A stretch of 48,071 bases of DNA from Kofleriaceae bacterium (lineage in GTDB: Bacteria; Myxococcota_A; Polyangia; Haliangiales; Haliangiaceae): NCBI GenBank assembly GCA_046597055.1, contig JBKJLC010000197.1, positions 1 to 48,071 of the forward strand, in the 5' to 3' direction. The position numbers and the translations under genes are program-made. Below are positions 16,621 to 26,149 of this stretch, one piece after another. How positions within the stretch are numbered: the first letter of the stretch is position 1; each line of letters opens with the position of its first letter. The notes under the pieces are model-generated. The model made no database searches. It was not told where the DNA came from and worked only from the letters and a program-made list of their open reading frames with translations.

Positions 16621-19218
16621 TCATGCGCCGGCGTCGGCCAGGATCGCCTGCAGCCGGCCGAGCGCGCCCAGCAGGTCCGGCTGCTCGGTCAGCACCGGCC
16701 GCACCGGATCGATCATCGCCTCGAGCCGGGCCCGCGCGTTGGCGATCGTGAAGGCGCCGGGATCGAGCCCGGGCACCACCTCGTGCCACCCGAGCGGCAT
16801 CGACACCTGGGCCCCGGGCACCGGCCGCACCGACAGCGGCGCGACCAGGAGCTGGCCGGGCGCGTTCTGGCCCCAGTCGAGGTAGACCCGGCCCTTGCGC
16901 TGCTCGGGGTTGCGCAGGGTGGTCGCCATCTCGGGGCAGCGCCGCTCGATCACCATGCCGAGCAGGTAGGCAAGCTTGCGCGCCTGCTCGAAGTCGCACT
17001 GGCCGGCCAGCGGGATCAGCACGTGCAGCCCGGTCTGGCCGCTGGTCTTGACGTAGTTGGGCAGGCCGCACGACTCGCACAGGGCGTGAATCGCGAGCGC
17101 GAGCGGCACCACGTGCGCGCGCGGCGCGTTCTTGGGATCGAGATCGATGATCGTCCAGTCGGGGCGATCGATCGTCGTCAGCCGGCTGGCCCAGACGTGG
17201 ATCGGGATCGAGCCGAGGTTGGCGAGGTACGCGAGCCCGTCGGCGTCGTCGACCATCACGTAGTGGATCTCGCGCTGGCTGTGCTCGCTCCACCGCGTCA
17301 TCGTGCGCAGCCACGGCGGGACCCAGTCGGGCATGTCCTTCTGGTAGAACCATTTCCCGTCGATGCCGTCGGGATAGCGCGTGATCACCACCGGCCGATC
17401 GACCAGGTACGGCAGGATCCACGGCGCGATCGACCGGTAGTAGTCGATGAGATCGCCCTTGGTGTAGCCGTCGGCGGGCCAGAATACCTTCTTCAGGTTG
17501 GACAGCTGCACGGTCCGCACCGACGGCTCGTCGTCGACCAGCGGCTCGGCGGCCGCCGTCGCCAGCTCGCCGGTGTGGCGGACCGGCATCGTGCACGCGA
17601 GCGCGGGCCGGTCGCGGCGCCAGCCGAGGAACACCGGGAAACGCAGGGTCGAGTCGACCGGCCACTCGCGGTAGCGCACCGCGACCACCAGCGCCGGCTC
17701 GACCCAGGTCGCGTCGCCGGTGCCCTCGGGGCGCGGGAAGCTCGGCGCCCACCGGGGCGCGGTGTCGAGCTCGCGGCGCAGCGCGAGCAGCGTCGCGTCG
17801 TCCAGGCCCGAGCCGACCTTGCCGGCGTAGCGCCACGCGCTGTCGACCCGCACGCACAGGTGCAGCGCGCCCAGCCCGGCCCGGCTCGCCTTGGGTGGGG
17901 TGAAGCCGCACACCGCGAACTCGTGCTCGGGATCGATCTTCACCTTCATCCAGTCGCGGGTCCGCGCGCCGGTGCGGTAGCGCGAGCCGAGCTTCTTGGC
18001 GACCACACCCTCGAGCCCGCGCCCGGCGACCACCGCCAGGAACGCCTCGCCGACCTCGGGGATGTGCTCGGCGTAGCGCACCGCGCCGACCGCCGGCACC
18101 ACCTGCGCGAGCAGCGCCTTGCGGCGCTCGAGCGCGACCCCGCGCAGATCGAAGCCGTCGGCGCCGAGCAGATCGAACGCGTACCAGACCACCGGCGCGG
18201 CCACCGCGGCGAACGCGAGGTCGCGCTTGCGCCCGAGCTGGGCCCGCTCGGCCAGCTTGGGGAAGTCGGGCTTACCGTCGGCATCGAGCACGCAGACCTC
18301 GCCGTCGATCACGAGCCCCGGCACCGGCAGCGCACGCAGCACGGCGGCCAGCTCCGGGTAGCGCGCGGTCGCGTCGTGCCCGGAGCGGTAGCGCAGCACG
18401 GCCTGGCCGGCGCCGCCCCAGCCGAGCAGCCGGAAGCCGTCGTACTTCAGCTCGAACACCCAGTCCTTCGACGAGAACGGCTGCGCCGCGGTCTCGCACA
18501 ACATCGGCGCGAAGCCGACGTCGCTGATCACCTTGCGCGGCGCGCCGGTTGCCACGACCTGCGTCCGCCATGCCGCCAGCCGCGGCGCGCCGGTGGCCAG
18601 CTCGTCGGCCGACAGCCCCGACAGCACGCTCACCATCGACAGCGGCCGGCCGGCGGCGGCGAACGCGTCGGTCCACAGGTCGCGCTTCTTGATGAGCAGC
18701 CAGTCGTCACCACCCTTGGCGGTCTGGTGGCCGCGCGGCCCGCGGCCGCTGGTGCGGACCAGCGTGAACTCGCCGCGCAGCTTGAAGCCGAACAGCTCGA
18801 ACTTGACCTCGCCGTCGCGCACGCCCTGGCGCGGATCGAGCTTGGGCACGAACCGGCCCCGGTCCCACACGATCATCGGGCCGGCCCCGTAGTGGCCATC
18901 GGGGATCACCGCCTCGAAGTCGCAATACTCGAGCGGATGGGCCTCGACCTTGACCGCCAGCCGCTTGTCCTCGGGCGCCATCGACGGTCCATGCGGGATC
19001 GCCCACGACACCAGCACGCCGTCGATCTCGAGGCGTAGATCCCAGTGGGTCCGGGTCGCGTGGTGCTCGTGGACCACGAAGATCCCGTGGCTACCGACCC
19101 GGCCGACCGGGGGCGGCGCGCCGGCCGGCTCGGGCGTGCCCGCGACGCGCTTTTCCCGGTATCGATCGAGGGGATCGAGCGCGTCCTCGACGGATGGCGG
19201 GTCGTCCGGGCTGCTCAT
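16621..19218 (-). CDS. ligD: DNA ligase D (phosphoesterase-ligase-polymerase)
   Basis: PE domain FVVHEHHATRTHWDLRLE; ligase ELKYDGFR, DGEV, EGVVAK and WMKVK; polymerase RYPDG, IDLDP and KTSGQTGLH. Confidence 0.95.
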   Translation of the reverse strand: MSSPDDPPSVEDALDPLDRYREKRVAGTPEPAGAPPPVGRVGSHGIFVVHEHHATRTHWDLRLEIDGVLVSWAIPHGPSMAPEDKRLAVKVEAHPLEYCDFEAVIPDGHYGAGPMIVWDRGRFVPKLDPRQGVRDGEVKFELFGFKLRGEFTLVRTSGRGPRGHQTAKGGDDWLLIKKRDLWTDAFAAAGRPLSMVSVLSGLSADELATGAPRLAAWRTQVVATGAPRKVISDVGFAPMLCETAAQPFSSKDWVFELKYDGFRLLGWGGAGQAVLRYRSGHDATARYPELAAVLRALPVPGLVIDGEVCVLDADGKPDFPKLAERAQLGRKRDLAFAAVAAPVVWYAFDLLGADGFDLRGVALERRKALLAQVVPAVGAVRYAEHIPEVGEAFLAVVAGRGLEGVVAKKLGSRYRTGARTRDWMKVKIDPEHEFAVCGFTPPKASRAGLGALHLCVRVDSAWRYAGKVGSGLDDATLLALRRELDTAPRWAPSFPRPEGTGDATWVEPALVVAVRYREWPVDSTLRFPVFLGWRRDRPALACTMPVRHTGELATAAAEPLVDDEPSVRTVQLSNLKKVFWPADGYTKGDLIDYYRSIAPWILPYLVDRPVVITRYPDGIDGKWFYQKDMPDWVPPWLRTMTRWSEHSQREIHYVMVDDADGLAYLANLGSIPIHVWASRLTTIDRPDWTIIDLDPKNAPRAHVVPLALAIHALCESCGLPNYVKTSGQTGLHVLIPLAGQCDFEQARKLAYLLGMVIERRCPEMATTLRNPEQRKGRVYLDWGQNAPGQLLVAPLSVRPVPGAQVSMPLGWHEVVPGLDPGAFTIANARARLEAMIDPVRPVLTEQPDLLGALGRLQAILADAGA

Positions 19219-19279
19219 GCGCGCAGGTGACCGCGGGGGAAATTGGTCATCGGCCCCGATCGGTCGCTATCATATTCAC

Positions 19280-20143
19280 ATGCCCGCCCGCGCCATCGGC
19301 ACCGCGACCATCTCGTTCGGGCTGGTCTCGATCCCGATCAAGCTCTACACGACCACCGAGTCGGGATCCGACATCTCGTTCAACATGCTGCACGCCGCCT
19401 GCGGGTCGCGGCTCAAGCAGCAGTTCATCTGCACCAAGGACGGCGAGGTGGTCGACCGCGACCAGACCGTGAAGGGCTACGAGTTCGCCAAGGGCCAGTA
19501 CGTCACCTTCACGACCGACGAGATCAAGGCGATGGACGCGGTCGCGACCAACTCGATCGAGCTGACCGAGTTCGTGCCGGCGACCGCGGTCGACCCGGTG
19601 CTCATCGAGAAGTCGTACTACCTCGGACCCGACAAGGGCGGCGAGCGCGCCTACCGACTGCTGGCCGAGGCGATGCTCCAGACCGGCCAGATCGGCATCG
19701 CGACCTACTCGGCCCGCGGCAAGCAGTACATGATCGCGCTGCGCCCGTTCCAGAACGGGCTGGTCGTCCACCAGCTGCGCTACGCCGACGAGGTCAAGGA
19801 CTGGAGCGACGTGCCCCTGCCCGACCTGCCCGAGATCAAGCCCGCCGAGCTGGCGCTGGCCCAGCAGCTCATGGCCCAGATCAGTCACGAGACCTTCGAT
19901 CCGGCGAAGTACAAGGACGAGGTCAAGACCAAGGTCCTCGAGCTCATCCAGGCCAAGGTCGACGGCCAGGAGATCACCTCGGCGCCCGAGGCGCCGCAGG
20001 GCAAGATCATCGATCTGATGGAGGCGCTCAAGGCGTCGCTCGGCATGCAGGGTCAGGGGCTGCCGGCCCGGGCCGCCGAGGCCGCGCCGGTCGAGGCCGC
20101 GGCGCCGGCCGAGAAGAAGAAGTCGCGCAAGAAATCCGCGTGA
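19280..20143 (+). CDS. ku: non-homologous end-joining protein Ku
   Basis: ISFGLVSIPIKLY, VKGYEFAKGQYV, LRYADEV and IIDLMEALKASL motifs; basic C-terminal tail. Confidence 0.95.
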   Translation: MPARAIGTATISFGLVSIPIKLYTTTESGSDISFNMLHAACGSRLKQQFICTKDGEVVDRDQTVKGYEFAKGQYVTFTTDEIKAMDAVATNSIELTEFVPATAVDPVLIEKSYYLGPDKGGERAYRLLAEAMLQTGQIGIATYSARGKQYMIALRPFQNGLVVHQLRYADEVKDWSDVPLPDLPEIKPAELALAQQLMAQISHETFDPAKYKDEVKTKVLELIQAKVDGQEITSAPEAPQGKIIDLMEALKASLGMQGQGLPARAAEAAPVEAAAPAEKKKSRKKSA

Positions 20144-20282
20144 GCCCGGAACCTCCTGCGCCGGGTGACCGCGGGTGTCGGCTGCGACCGGGATCTGCGT
20201 CGCGGTCGCACCCCTCAGGTGATCGGCTGAAGGTGACGGGAAGTGATCACGACGTCCCCGCGGTTGGTGCCTGTCGATTACT

Positions 20283-21680
20283 ATGACGCGGATGGTCGAT
20301 ACGCTGGGGGCAACGCTCAGCATTGCCGAAGAAGCGGCGAGCAAGAGTGACGGGACGGTCGAGCGCCCCGCACTGGTGCTCGCGCTCGAGTGCATGCGTC
20401 CGCGCGCGCTGTCCGCGCGCTACGACCTCGGCAGCCTGACCGCGGTCGTCCTGGGCCGAGGCTCGGACCGCCGGGCCGAGCGGATCGGCACCGAGCTGCT
20501 CATCCGGGTGCCCGATCGCTGGATGTCCTCGCGCCACGCCCGGATCGAGCCGAGCTTCGGCCGCTGGGTGCTGCTCGACTCCGACTCCAAGAACGGCACC
20601 TTCGTCAATGGCCAGCCGACCAAGCGCGCGGTGCTCACCGATGGCGACGTCGTCGAGCTCGGCCACACCCTGCTGGTGTTCTGCGAGAAGGTGGCGGTCG
20701 CCCCCGACGACCCGCAACTGGTCGATCTCGAGCGCGCGCCGGTCGAGCACCCGGGCCTGGCCACCCTGTCGCCCGAGTACGACCGCGAGCTGCGCCGGCT
20801 GCGCCAGGTCGCGGCGTCGACGGTCCCGGTCCTGATCGAGGGCGAGAGCGGCACCGGCAAGGAGGTGCTCGCGCGCGCGGTCCATGGCCTGTCGCGACGC
20901 AACGGCCAGTTCATCGCGGTCAACTGCGGCGCGGTGCCGGCCAACCTGGTCGAGAGCGAGCTGTTCGGCTATCGGAAGGGCGCGTTCTCGGGCGCCACCG
21001 AGGATCGTATGGGCCTGGTCCGGTCGGCGGACAACGGCACCCTGTTCCTCGACGAGAGCGGCGATCTGCCGCCGGCGTCACAGGCGGCGCTCCTGCGCGT
21101 GCTGCAGGAGCGCGAGGTCATGCCGGTCGGCGGCACCCGGCCGGTCCCGGTCGACGTGCGCGTGATCGCGGCGACCCACCGCGATCTCGACGGCATGATC
21201 GCCGAGGGCGCGTTCCGCCACGATCTGTTCGCGCGGCTCGCCGGCTTCCGCATCGAGGTACCGCCGCTGTGCGAGCGCAAGGCCGACCTCGGCCTGCTGA
21301 TCGGCCTCATGTACGATCGCCACTTCCCGGCCGACGGCGCCGGCATCGAGATCGACGCGGCCCGCCTGCTGTTTCGCTATCCGTGGCCGCTCAACGTCCG
21401 CGAGCTCGAGCAGGCCCTGACGACCGCGGCGGTGCTCGCCGGCGCCGGTCCGGTGCTGGTGAGCCATCTGCCCGACACCGTCCGCAGCGGACGCCCGCCG
21501 GGCGCGGCCCGGACCCAGCCGCTGTCGCCCGCCGACGAGGCCCAGCGCGAGGCGCTGTGCGCGGCGATGCGGGATCAGCGCGGCAACATCTCGGCGGTGG
21601 CGCGGGCGATGGGCAAGGACCGCAAGCAGATCCAGCGCTGGATCAAGCGGTTCGCGATCGACCCGACCCAGTTTCGCTGA
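20283..21680 (+). CDS. FHA-domain sigma54-dependent enhancer-binding protein (Fis-type HTH)
   Basis: FHA motifs [17 protein letters not shown]; Walker [44 protein letters not shown]. Confidence 0.92.
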   Translation: MTRMVDTLGATLSIAEEAASKSDGTVERPALVLALECMRPRALSARYDLGSLTAVVLGRGSDRRAERIGTELLIRVPDRWMSSRHARIEPSFGRWVLLDSDSKNGTFVNGQPTKRAVLTDGDVVELGHTLLVFCEKVAVAPDDPQLVDLERAPVEHPGLATLSPEYDRELRRLRQVAASTVPVLIEGESGTGKEVLARAVHGLSRRNGQFIAVNCGAVPANLVESELFGYRKGAFSGATEDRMGLVRSADNGTLFLDESGDLPPASQAALLRVLQEREVMPVGGTRPVPVDVRVIAATHRDLDGMIAEGAFRHDLFARLAGFRIEVPPLCERKADLGLLIGLMYDRHFPADGAGIEIDAARLLFRYPWPLNVRELEQALTTAAVLAGAGPVLVSHLPDTVRSGRPPGAARTQPLSPADEAQREALCAAMRDQRGNISAVARAMGKDRKQIQRWIKRFAIDPTQFR

Positions 21681-21818
21681 CCGCGCCGGCGCGTTTCCAA
21701 AGGATTAGCGGTGTCGCATGCGACCCGGTGCGACCGGTGCGACGGTCCCGCGACAGTCGCACCCCCTGGGGAGCAGCCGAGGTTTTCGTGCAACCTCTCG
21801 GATGATAGCGACGTCCAA

Positions 21819-21835
21819 CCGGCACGAGCCATGCT
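21819..21835 (+). promoter_or_regulatory. putative sigma54 (-24/-12) promoter
   Basis: CCGGCACGAGCCATGCT gives GG(21821-22)-N10-GC(21833-34), close to the YTGGCACG-N4-TTGCW consensus, next to an EBP gene. Confidence 0.65.
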
Positions 21836-21848
21836 TCGACCGCGAGCC

Positions 21849-22256
21849 ATGCTCCTGGGGGTCATCGTCGCTGTGTGCACGATCGCGGGCGGATCCCACC
21901 GCACCGAGGCCTCGGCCTCCCGCAAGCCGACCCCGGTCCGACCGGACGTGAAGACCGCCGACGCCCGGATCGCGGTGAAGTCCGCGGAGGTCATCGGCCG
22001 GGTGGTCGACGCCCTCGGCCAGGTGGTCGGGAACACGACCGTGATCGCGACCCCAGCCAACCCGAGCGCCTCGGCGCTGGCCCCGCGCACCCACAGCGAC
22101 CACCTCGGCCGCTTCCACTTCGTCGGCCTGCCCCCCGGCGACTACATCTTCGTCGCGCTCCACGGCGAGCATGCCCCGAGCGTGTCACCGGTCATGCCGG
22201 TCGCGAAGCTGCTCGAGGTCGTGCTGGTCGTGGGCGACGCCGTCATCTCGGCGTGA
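21849..22256 (+). CDS. small secreted carboxypeptidase-regulatory-like (beta-sandwich) protein
   Basis: Hydrophobic N-terminus; GRVVDALGQVV...SDHLGRFHFVGLPPGDY; start chosen downstream of the sigma54 site. Confidence 0.7.
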   Translation: MLLGVIVAVCTIAGGSHRTEASASRKPTPVRPDVKTADARIAVKSAEVIGRVVDALGQVVGNTTVIATPANPSASALAPRTHSDHLGRFHFVGLPPGDYIFVALHGEHAPSVSPVMPVAKLLEVVLVVGDAVISA

Positions 22257-23202
22257 CCGGCGCGCTGGTCGGCTTGCGCGCCGCGCTCTTGCCGGCCAGC
22301 GCGAACAGGCGCTGCTCGAGCCACTGCGACCACCGGCTCGGCGGCAGCCCGCGCAGGCGCCGCTGGGCGTCGCGGTAGGCCGGGAGATCGCGCGCGACCG
22401 CCGGGGTCAAGGTGACGGCGGCCCGGGCCACCGCGAGCGCCCCGCGATAGGCGACCTGCTCGCGGGTGCCCCACGCGAAGCCGAACTGATCGCGCAGGCG
22501 GGCCGGCAACAGGCCGGCGGTCACCACCTGGGTGACGCCACCGAGCGCGCCGCCGAACAGGAAGCCGGCCATCTCGCGGGCGGGCCGGGTCACGGTGAGC
22601 ACGCGGCTGGCAACCATCGCGTCCACGTAGGCGCGGAACGCCACCCAGGTCGGTGGCTGCACCTCGTCGGGGATGCCGAACAGGCGCGCGAACGCCCACG
22701 AGTCGCGGTAGTAGGCCGCCTTGCGGGCGTCGGGCAGCCGGCCGCGGATCGCCTCGTGGACGGTGATCACGGTGTCGATCAGCGTCGCGTGGACCCAGCG
22801 CAGCGAGTCGACGTCGTTGGCGTGGTAGCGGGTGCCGGCGGCAAACGCGCCGGCGTCCTCGTCGATGGTGCCGACGATCCGCGTGTGGATGTTGTGGACG
22901 CGCCGGGCCGCGGTGAACGCGTGGTCGAGATCGCCGAACGACATCGCGAAGACGTTGTCGAACGTGCGCTGGAACCGGCCGATCACGTCGTCGCGCGTGT
23001 GCGAGTGCTGGTGGATCGCGTACGCGACCGCCGGATGTGCGAGCTGCAGCAGCGCGGCGCGGCCACCCCCGAAGAAGATCGCGGCGTCGCGCTGGAGCGC
23101 CCACGCCGCGCTGCCAGGACCGTGGATCCCGACGCGGGGATCCTCGACGTCGGCACGGAGCCGGGCCAGGCTGGCTTCGAGATCGGCGCGCGCGACGAGC
23201 AT
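22243..23202 (-). CDS. MpaB/DUF2236 oxygenase-family protein
   Basis: GGGRAALLQLAHPAV, VHNIH and YHANDVDSLRWVHATL motifs. Confidence 0.85.
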   Translation of the reverse strand: MLVARADLEASLARLRADVEDPRVGIHGPGSAAWALQRDAAIFFGGGRAALLQLAHPAVAYAIHQHSHTRDDVIGRFQRTFDNVFAMSFGDLDHAFTAARRVHNIHTRIVGTIDEDAGAFAAGTRYHANDVDSLRWVHATLIDTVITVHEAIRGRLPDARKAAYYRDSWAFARLFGIPDEVQPPTWVAFRAYVDAMVASRVLTVTRPAREMAGFLFGGALGGVTQVVTAGLLPARLRDQFGFAWGTREQVAYRGALAVARAAVTLTPAVARDLPAYRDAQRRLRGLPPSRWSQWLEQRLFALAGKSAARKPTSAPVTPR

Positions 23203-23337
23203 GGCCGACGATCGCGTCTCGTCCAGGGCCGGTCAAGCATCGTTCGATGACCGGCGTCGCGGGCCCGCGCGCGCGGTGCCAGCGCGGCCGGCCGCCTTGT
23301 GCCGGTCGGCGGTTGGGCTAGCCTTGGGGCAGGACGG

Positions 23338-24486
23338 ATGCGCTGGGCCTCGGCAATCGCGACCACGAACCTCGAGGCTGCCGCCGCGGAGACCCTGGCG
23401 TCGGTCGCGCGAGACCTCGCTGGCCACCGCGCCGATCTGGTCCTGATCTTCGTCACCGATCACTACGCCAGCGGCTTCGCGCAGCTGGTCGGGCTGGTCA
23501 GCAAACGCTTCCCCGGCGCGGTGATCGCCGGCTGCACGGCCGGCGGCGCGATCGGCGGTGGGGTCGAGGTCGAGCACCGGGCCGCGCTCTCGGTGGTCGC
23601 CGCCAGCTTGCCCGGGGTGACCGTGCGCGGCCTCCACCTGCCCCCCGACCCCGACGCGTGGCCCGACCCCGACGGCGACGCGACCGCGGTGCTGGTGCTG
23701 CCGTGTCCGCTGTCGTCGCCGGTCGAGCGCCTGCTGGCGTGGACCGACGATCACTGGCCGCACGCGGTGAAGCTCGGCGGCCTCGCGTCGGGCGGCATGA
23801 CCGCGCGCGGGCCGGCCGGCAACGCGCTGTTCCTCGGCGAGACCCGGCACCGCGAGGGCGCGGTGGTCGTCACCTTCGATGGCGACGTCGCGGTCGACAC
23901 CATCGTGGCCCAGGGCTGCCGCCCGATCGGTCCGCCCATGAAGGTCACCAAGGGGCTGGGCAACGTCGTGCTCGAGCTCGACGGCATGCCGGCGCTGCGC
24001 GCGCTCGAGGAGGTCCACGCCCGGCTCGAGCCCGAGGACAAGGCGCTGTGCCGCCACTCGCTGTTCGTGGGCATGGTGCCGGGACCGGCGCCGAGCGCGC
24101 TGCGCCGGCGGGACATCCTGATCCGCAACCTCATGGGCTGCGACCGCGCCGCCGGTGCGCTCGCGATCGGCGGGCCGGTCCACGTCGGGCAGGTCATGCA
24201 GTTCCACCTGCGCGACGCCAGCACGTCGGTGCAGGACCTGGCCGAGCTGCTGGCCGAGCCGCAGGCCCCGGCCAGCGGCGCCCTCCTGTTCTCCTGCGTC
24301 GGTCGCGGCGAGCTGCTCTACGGCCGCCCCAACCACGACTCCGAGGCGTTCCGGCGCGCGGTGGGCCCGATCCCGCTCGGCGGCTTCTTCTGCAACGGCG
24401 AGGTCGGCCCGATCGGCGGCAAGACCTTCCTGCACGGCTACACCAGCGCGTTCGGGCTGTTCCGCCGGCGCGGCGCCCAGGCGTAG
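23338..24486 (+). CDS. FIST N/C domain protein
   Basis: GCTAGGAIG, GGLASGG, VAQGCRPIG, LLFSCVGRG and GGFFCNGEVGP..LHGYT motifs. Confidence 0.9.
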   Translation: MRWASAIATTNLEAAAAETLASVARDLAGHRADLVLIFVTDHYASGFAQLVGLVSKRFPGAVIAGCTAGGAIGGGVEVEHRAALSVVAASLPGVTVRGLHLPPDPDAWPDPDGDATAVLVLPCPLSSPVERLLAWTDDHWPHAVKLGGLASGGMTARGPAGNALFLGETRHREGAVVVTFDGDVAVDTIVAQGCRPIGPPMKVTKGLGNVVLELDGMPALRALEEVHARLEPEDKALCRHSLFVGMVPGPAPSALRRRDILIRNLMGCDRAAGALAIGGPVHVGQVMQFHLRDASTSVQDLAELLAEPQAPASGALLFSCVGRGELLYGRPNHDSEAFRRAVGPIPLGGFFCNGEVGPIGGKTFLHGYTSAFGLFRRRGAQA

Positions 24487-24503
24487 CCCGGGCGTCGACC
24501 TCG

Positions 24504-25403
24504 TCAGTAGAACAGCACGCTGGCGCGCAGCTGCAGCAGCCCCTCGAGGTGGGCCGGCATCACCACCGACCGCGGGCCCTGCTCGAACGTCTGCGCGGCG
24601 GCCGCCGAGCCGCCCAGGTCGACGCCGACCGCGACGCGGTGCCAGCGACGCTCGAGCATCACGCCGAGATCGAGCACCGGCGCGACCGCGCGATCGTCGA
24701 GGTCGCGCGCGTGCGCGACCACGACGCCGGCGCCGGCTCGCGGGACGATCGACAGCCGCACCGGCAGGCGGCCGTCGATCGGCCACCGCAGCTGCGCGGT
24801 CACCCGCTGCTGCTGCCAGCTGCGAGTGTCCTCGCCGAGCTCGACGCCGACGCCGACCTCGAGCGGGCCCCTCCGCAGGAACCCACTCCAGGCCGCCTGG
24901 GTCTGGGTGTCGGTGGCCCGCGCGACGTTGGCGCGGCTGCCGAAGGCGTACTCGAAGCGGAACGCGGGCCGGGCCGGCGACTCGGTGTGCGCGTCGGCCC
25001 GGCGGTCATGCGGTGCGGGCGCCGCGACCGGCATGAAGCTCCGCTCGGCGGCCGACGGCTCGCGCGCCACCCACGCGGTCAGGTGCGCGGCGAGCGCCGC
25101 GGCCTCGCCCGCGGTCGGGTAGTCCGGCATCGCGTGGCGCTCGATGGCGCGGCCCGACGCGGTCCACAGCACCAGATCCGTGCCGTCGTGCCAGACGACG
25201 AAGTCGGCCCGGTGGTCAGCGGCGATCTCGGGCGGCGTCGCGACCCGGTAGTTGACGGCGATCACCCGGACCGCGGGCGCGCACGACTGGCGCACGGCAT
25301 CCTCGAGCACCGGCGGCGGCGCGACCAGCACCAGCGTCTCGGCCCGGGCCGGCCCCGCCAGCATGACCAGGAACAGCGCGGCCACCGCCAGGACAGCGCG
25401 CAC
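24504..25403 (-). CDS. hypothetical exported protein with a possible C-terminal beta-barrel-like region
   Basis: Signal-like VRAVLAVAALFLVMLAGPARA; alternating beta strands ending in aromatic residues (..VLFY); start uncertain (25403 or 25445). Confidence 0.55.
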   Translation of the reverse strand: MRAVLAVAALFLVMLAGPARAETLVLVAPPPVLEDAVRQSCAPAVRVIAVNYRVATPPEIAADHRADFVVWHDGTDLVLWTASGRAIERHAMPDYPTAGEAAALAAHLTAWVAREPSAAERSFMPVAAPAPHDRRADAHTESPARPAFRFEYAFGSRANVARATDTQTQAAWSGFLRRGPLEVGVGVELGEDTRSWQQQRVTAQLRWPIDGRLPVRLSIVPRAGAGVVVAHARDLDDRAVAPVLDLGVMLERRWHRVAVGVDLGGSAAAAQTFEQGPRSVVMPAHLEGLLQLRASVLFY

Positions 25404-25537
25404 GAGGGGAACGTGATCCGAGGGTACGGACGACAGTTTCGACATTGCGGGCGCGCCTATCGACGACCCGGCCCCGGAGTTGCGCGTTGATCGATCCCGG
25501 GCGTCACTCGGCGGTGACGCGACCTCGGCGGCTCGGA

Positions 25538-25690
25538 TCAGAACCCGAACGTCCAGCGCACGCGACCGGTCGCCAGCTCGACCGCCATCGCGCGTCGCGA
25601 CGCCTGGCTGGTCGCGAGCACCACCGTGTCGGCCTCGACCGTCGCGAGCTCGCACCCGACCACCGGCACCCGCCACACCGGGCGTCTGCG
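25538..25690 (-). pseudogene. possible remnant of a PQQ-like beta-propeller gene
   Basis: VWRVPVV...AVELATGRVRWTF resembles a propeller repeat; no convincing start codon. Confidence 0.35.
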
Positions 25691-25817
25691 ACCAGCGCGC
25701 TGATGGAGGGGACGAGGCCGGAGGCCGGGCGGTTCCGCATGTCGCCGGCCCCTATCGAGGGTAGGCACCAGCGGTTGCCGAAAAAGATCGGCTATTGGGC
25801 CGCCACCTGGGGCGTCG

Positions 25818-26015
25818 TCAGTCGCCGCCGCCGAGGTCCCAGTAGTGCTCGGCGGTGACCGGGTCGTCGGGGCGCTCGAGGCAGCCGACGCAGTAGAGGG
25901 CGCCGAGGTGGTCGCCGGGACGGGCGGCGAAGAGCTGGCCGCAGCAGGTGCAGACGTGCCCGGTGCGGCGGTCGCGAGGTCTCGAGGTCTCGAGGGTTGA
26001 AGCTCGTACCGGCAT
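25818..26015 (-). CDS. small zinc-finger-like protein (65 aa)
   Basis: AGGAGG RBS; CTCC...CVGC cysteine pairs; acidic YWDLGGGD tail. Confidence 0.65.
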   Translation of the reverse strand: MPVRASTLETSRPRDRRTGHVCTCCGQLFAARPGDHLGALYCVGCLERPDDPVTAEHYWDLGGGD

Positions 26016-26149
26016 CGGCTTCCTCCTGTTCGTCGATTCTCAGCGCTCGCAGGGACGAAGGTTCACGTCCCCCAGATCCCACCCTGGACCGGTACCGTTT
26101 GGGCCGCAACGGTTTTCGACCGCGGGAGCGGGCGACGGCGCCGGCGGCG

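Noticed and set aside
21713..21761. Short repeats considered as a CRISPR-like array
   Set aside because: 6-bp units with no spacers of CRISPR length and no cas genes
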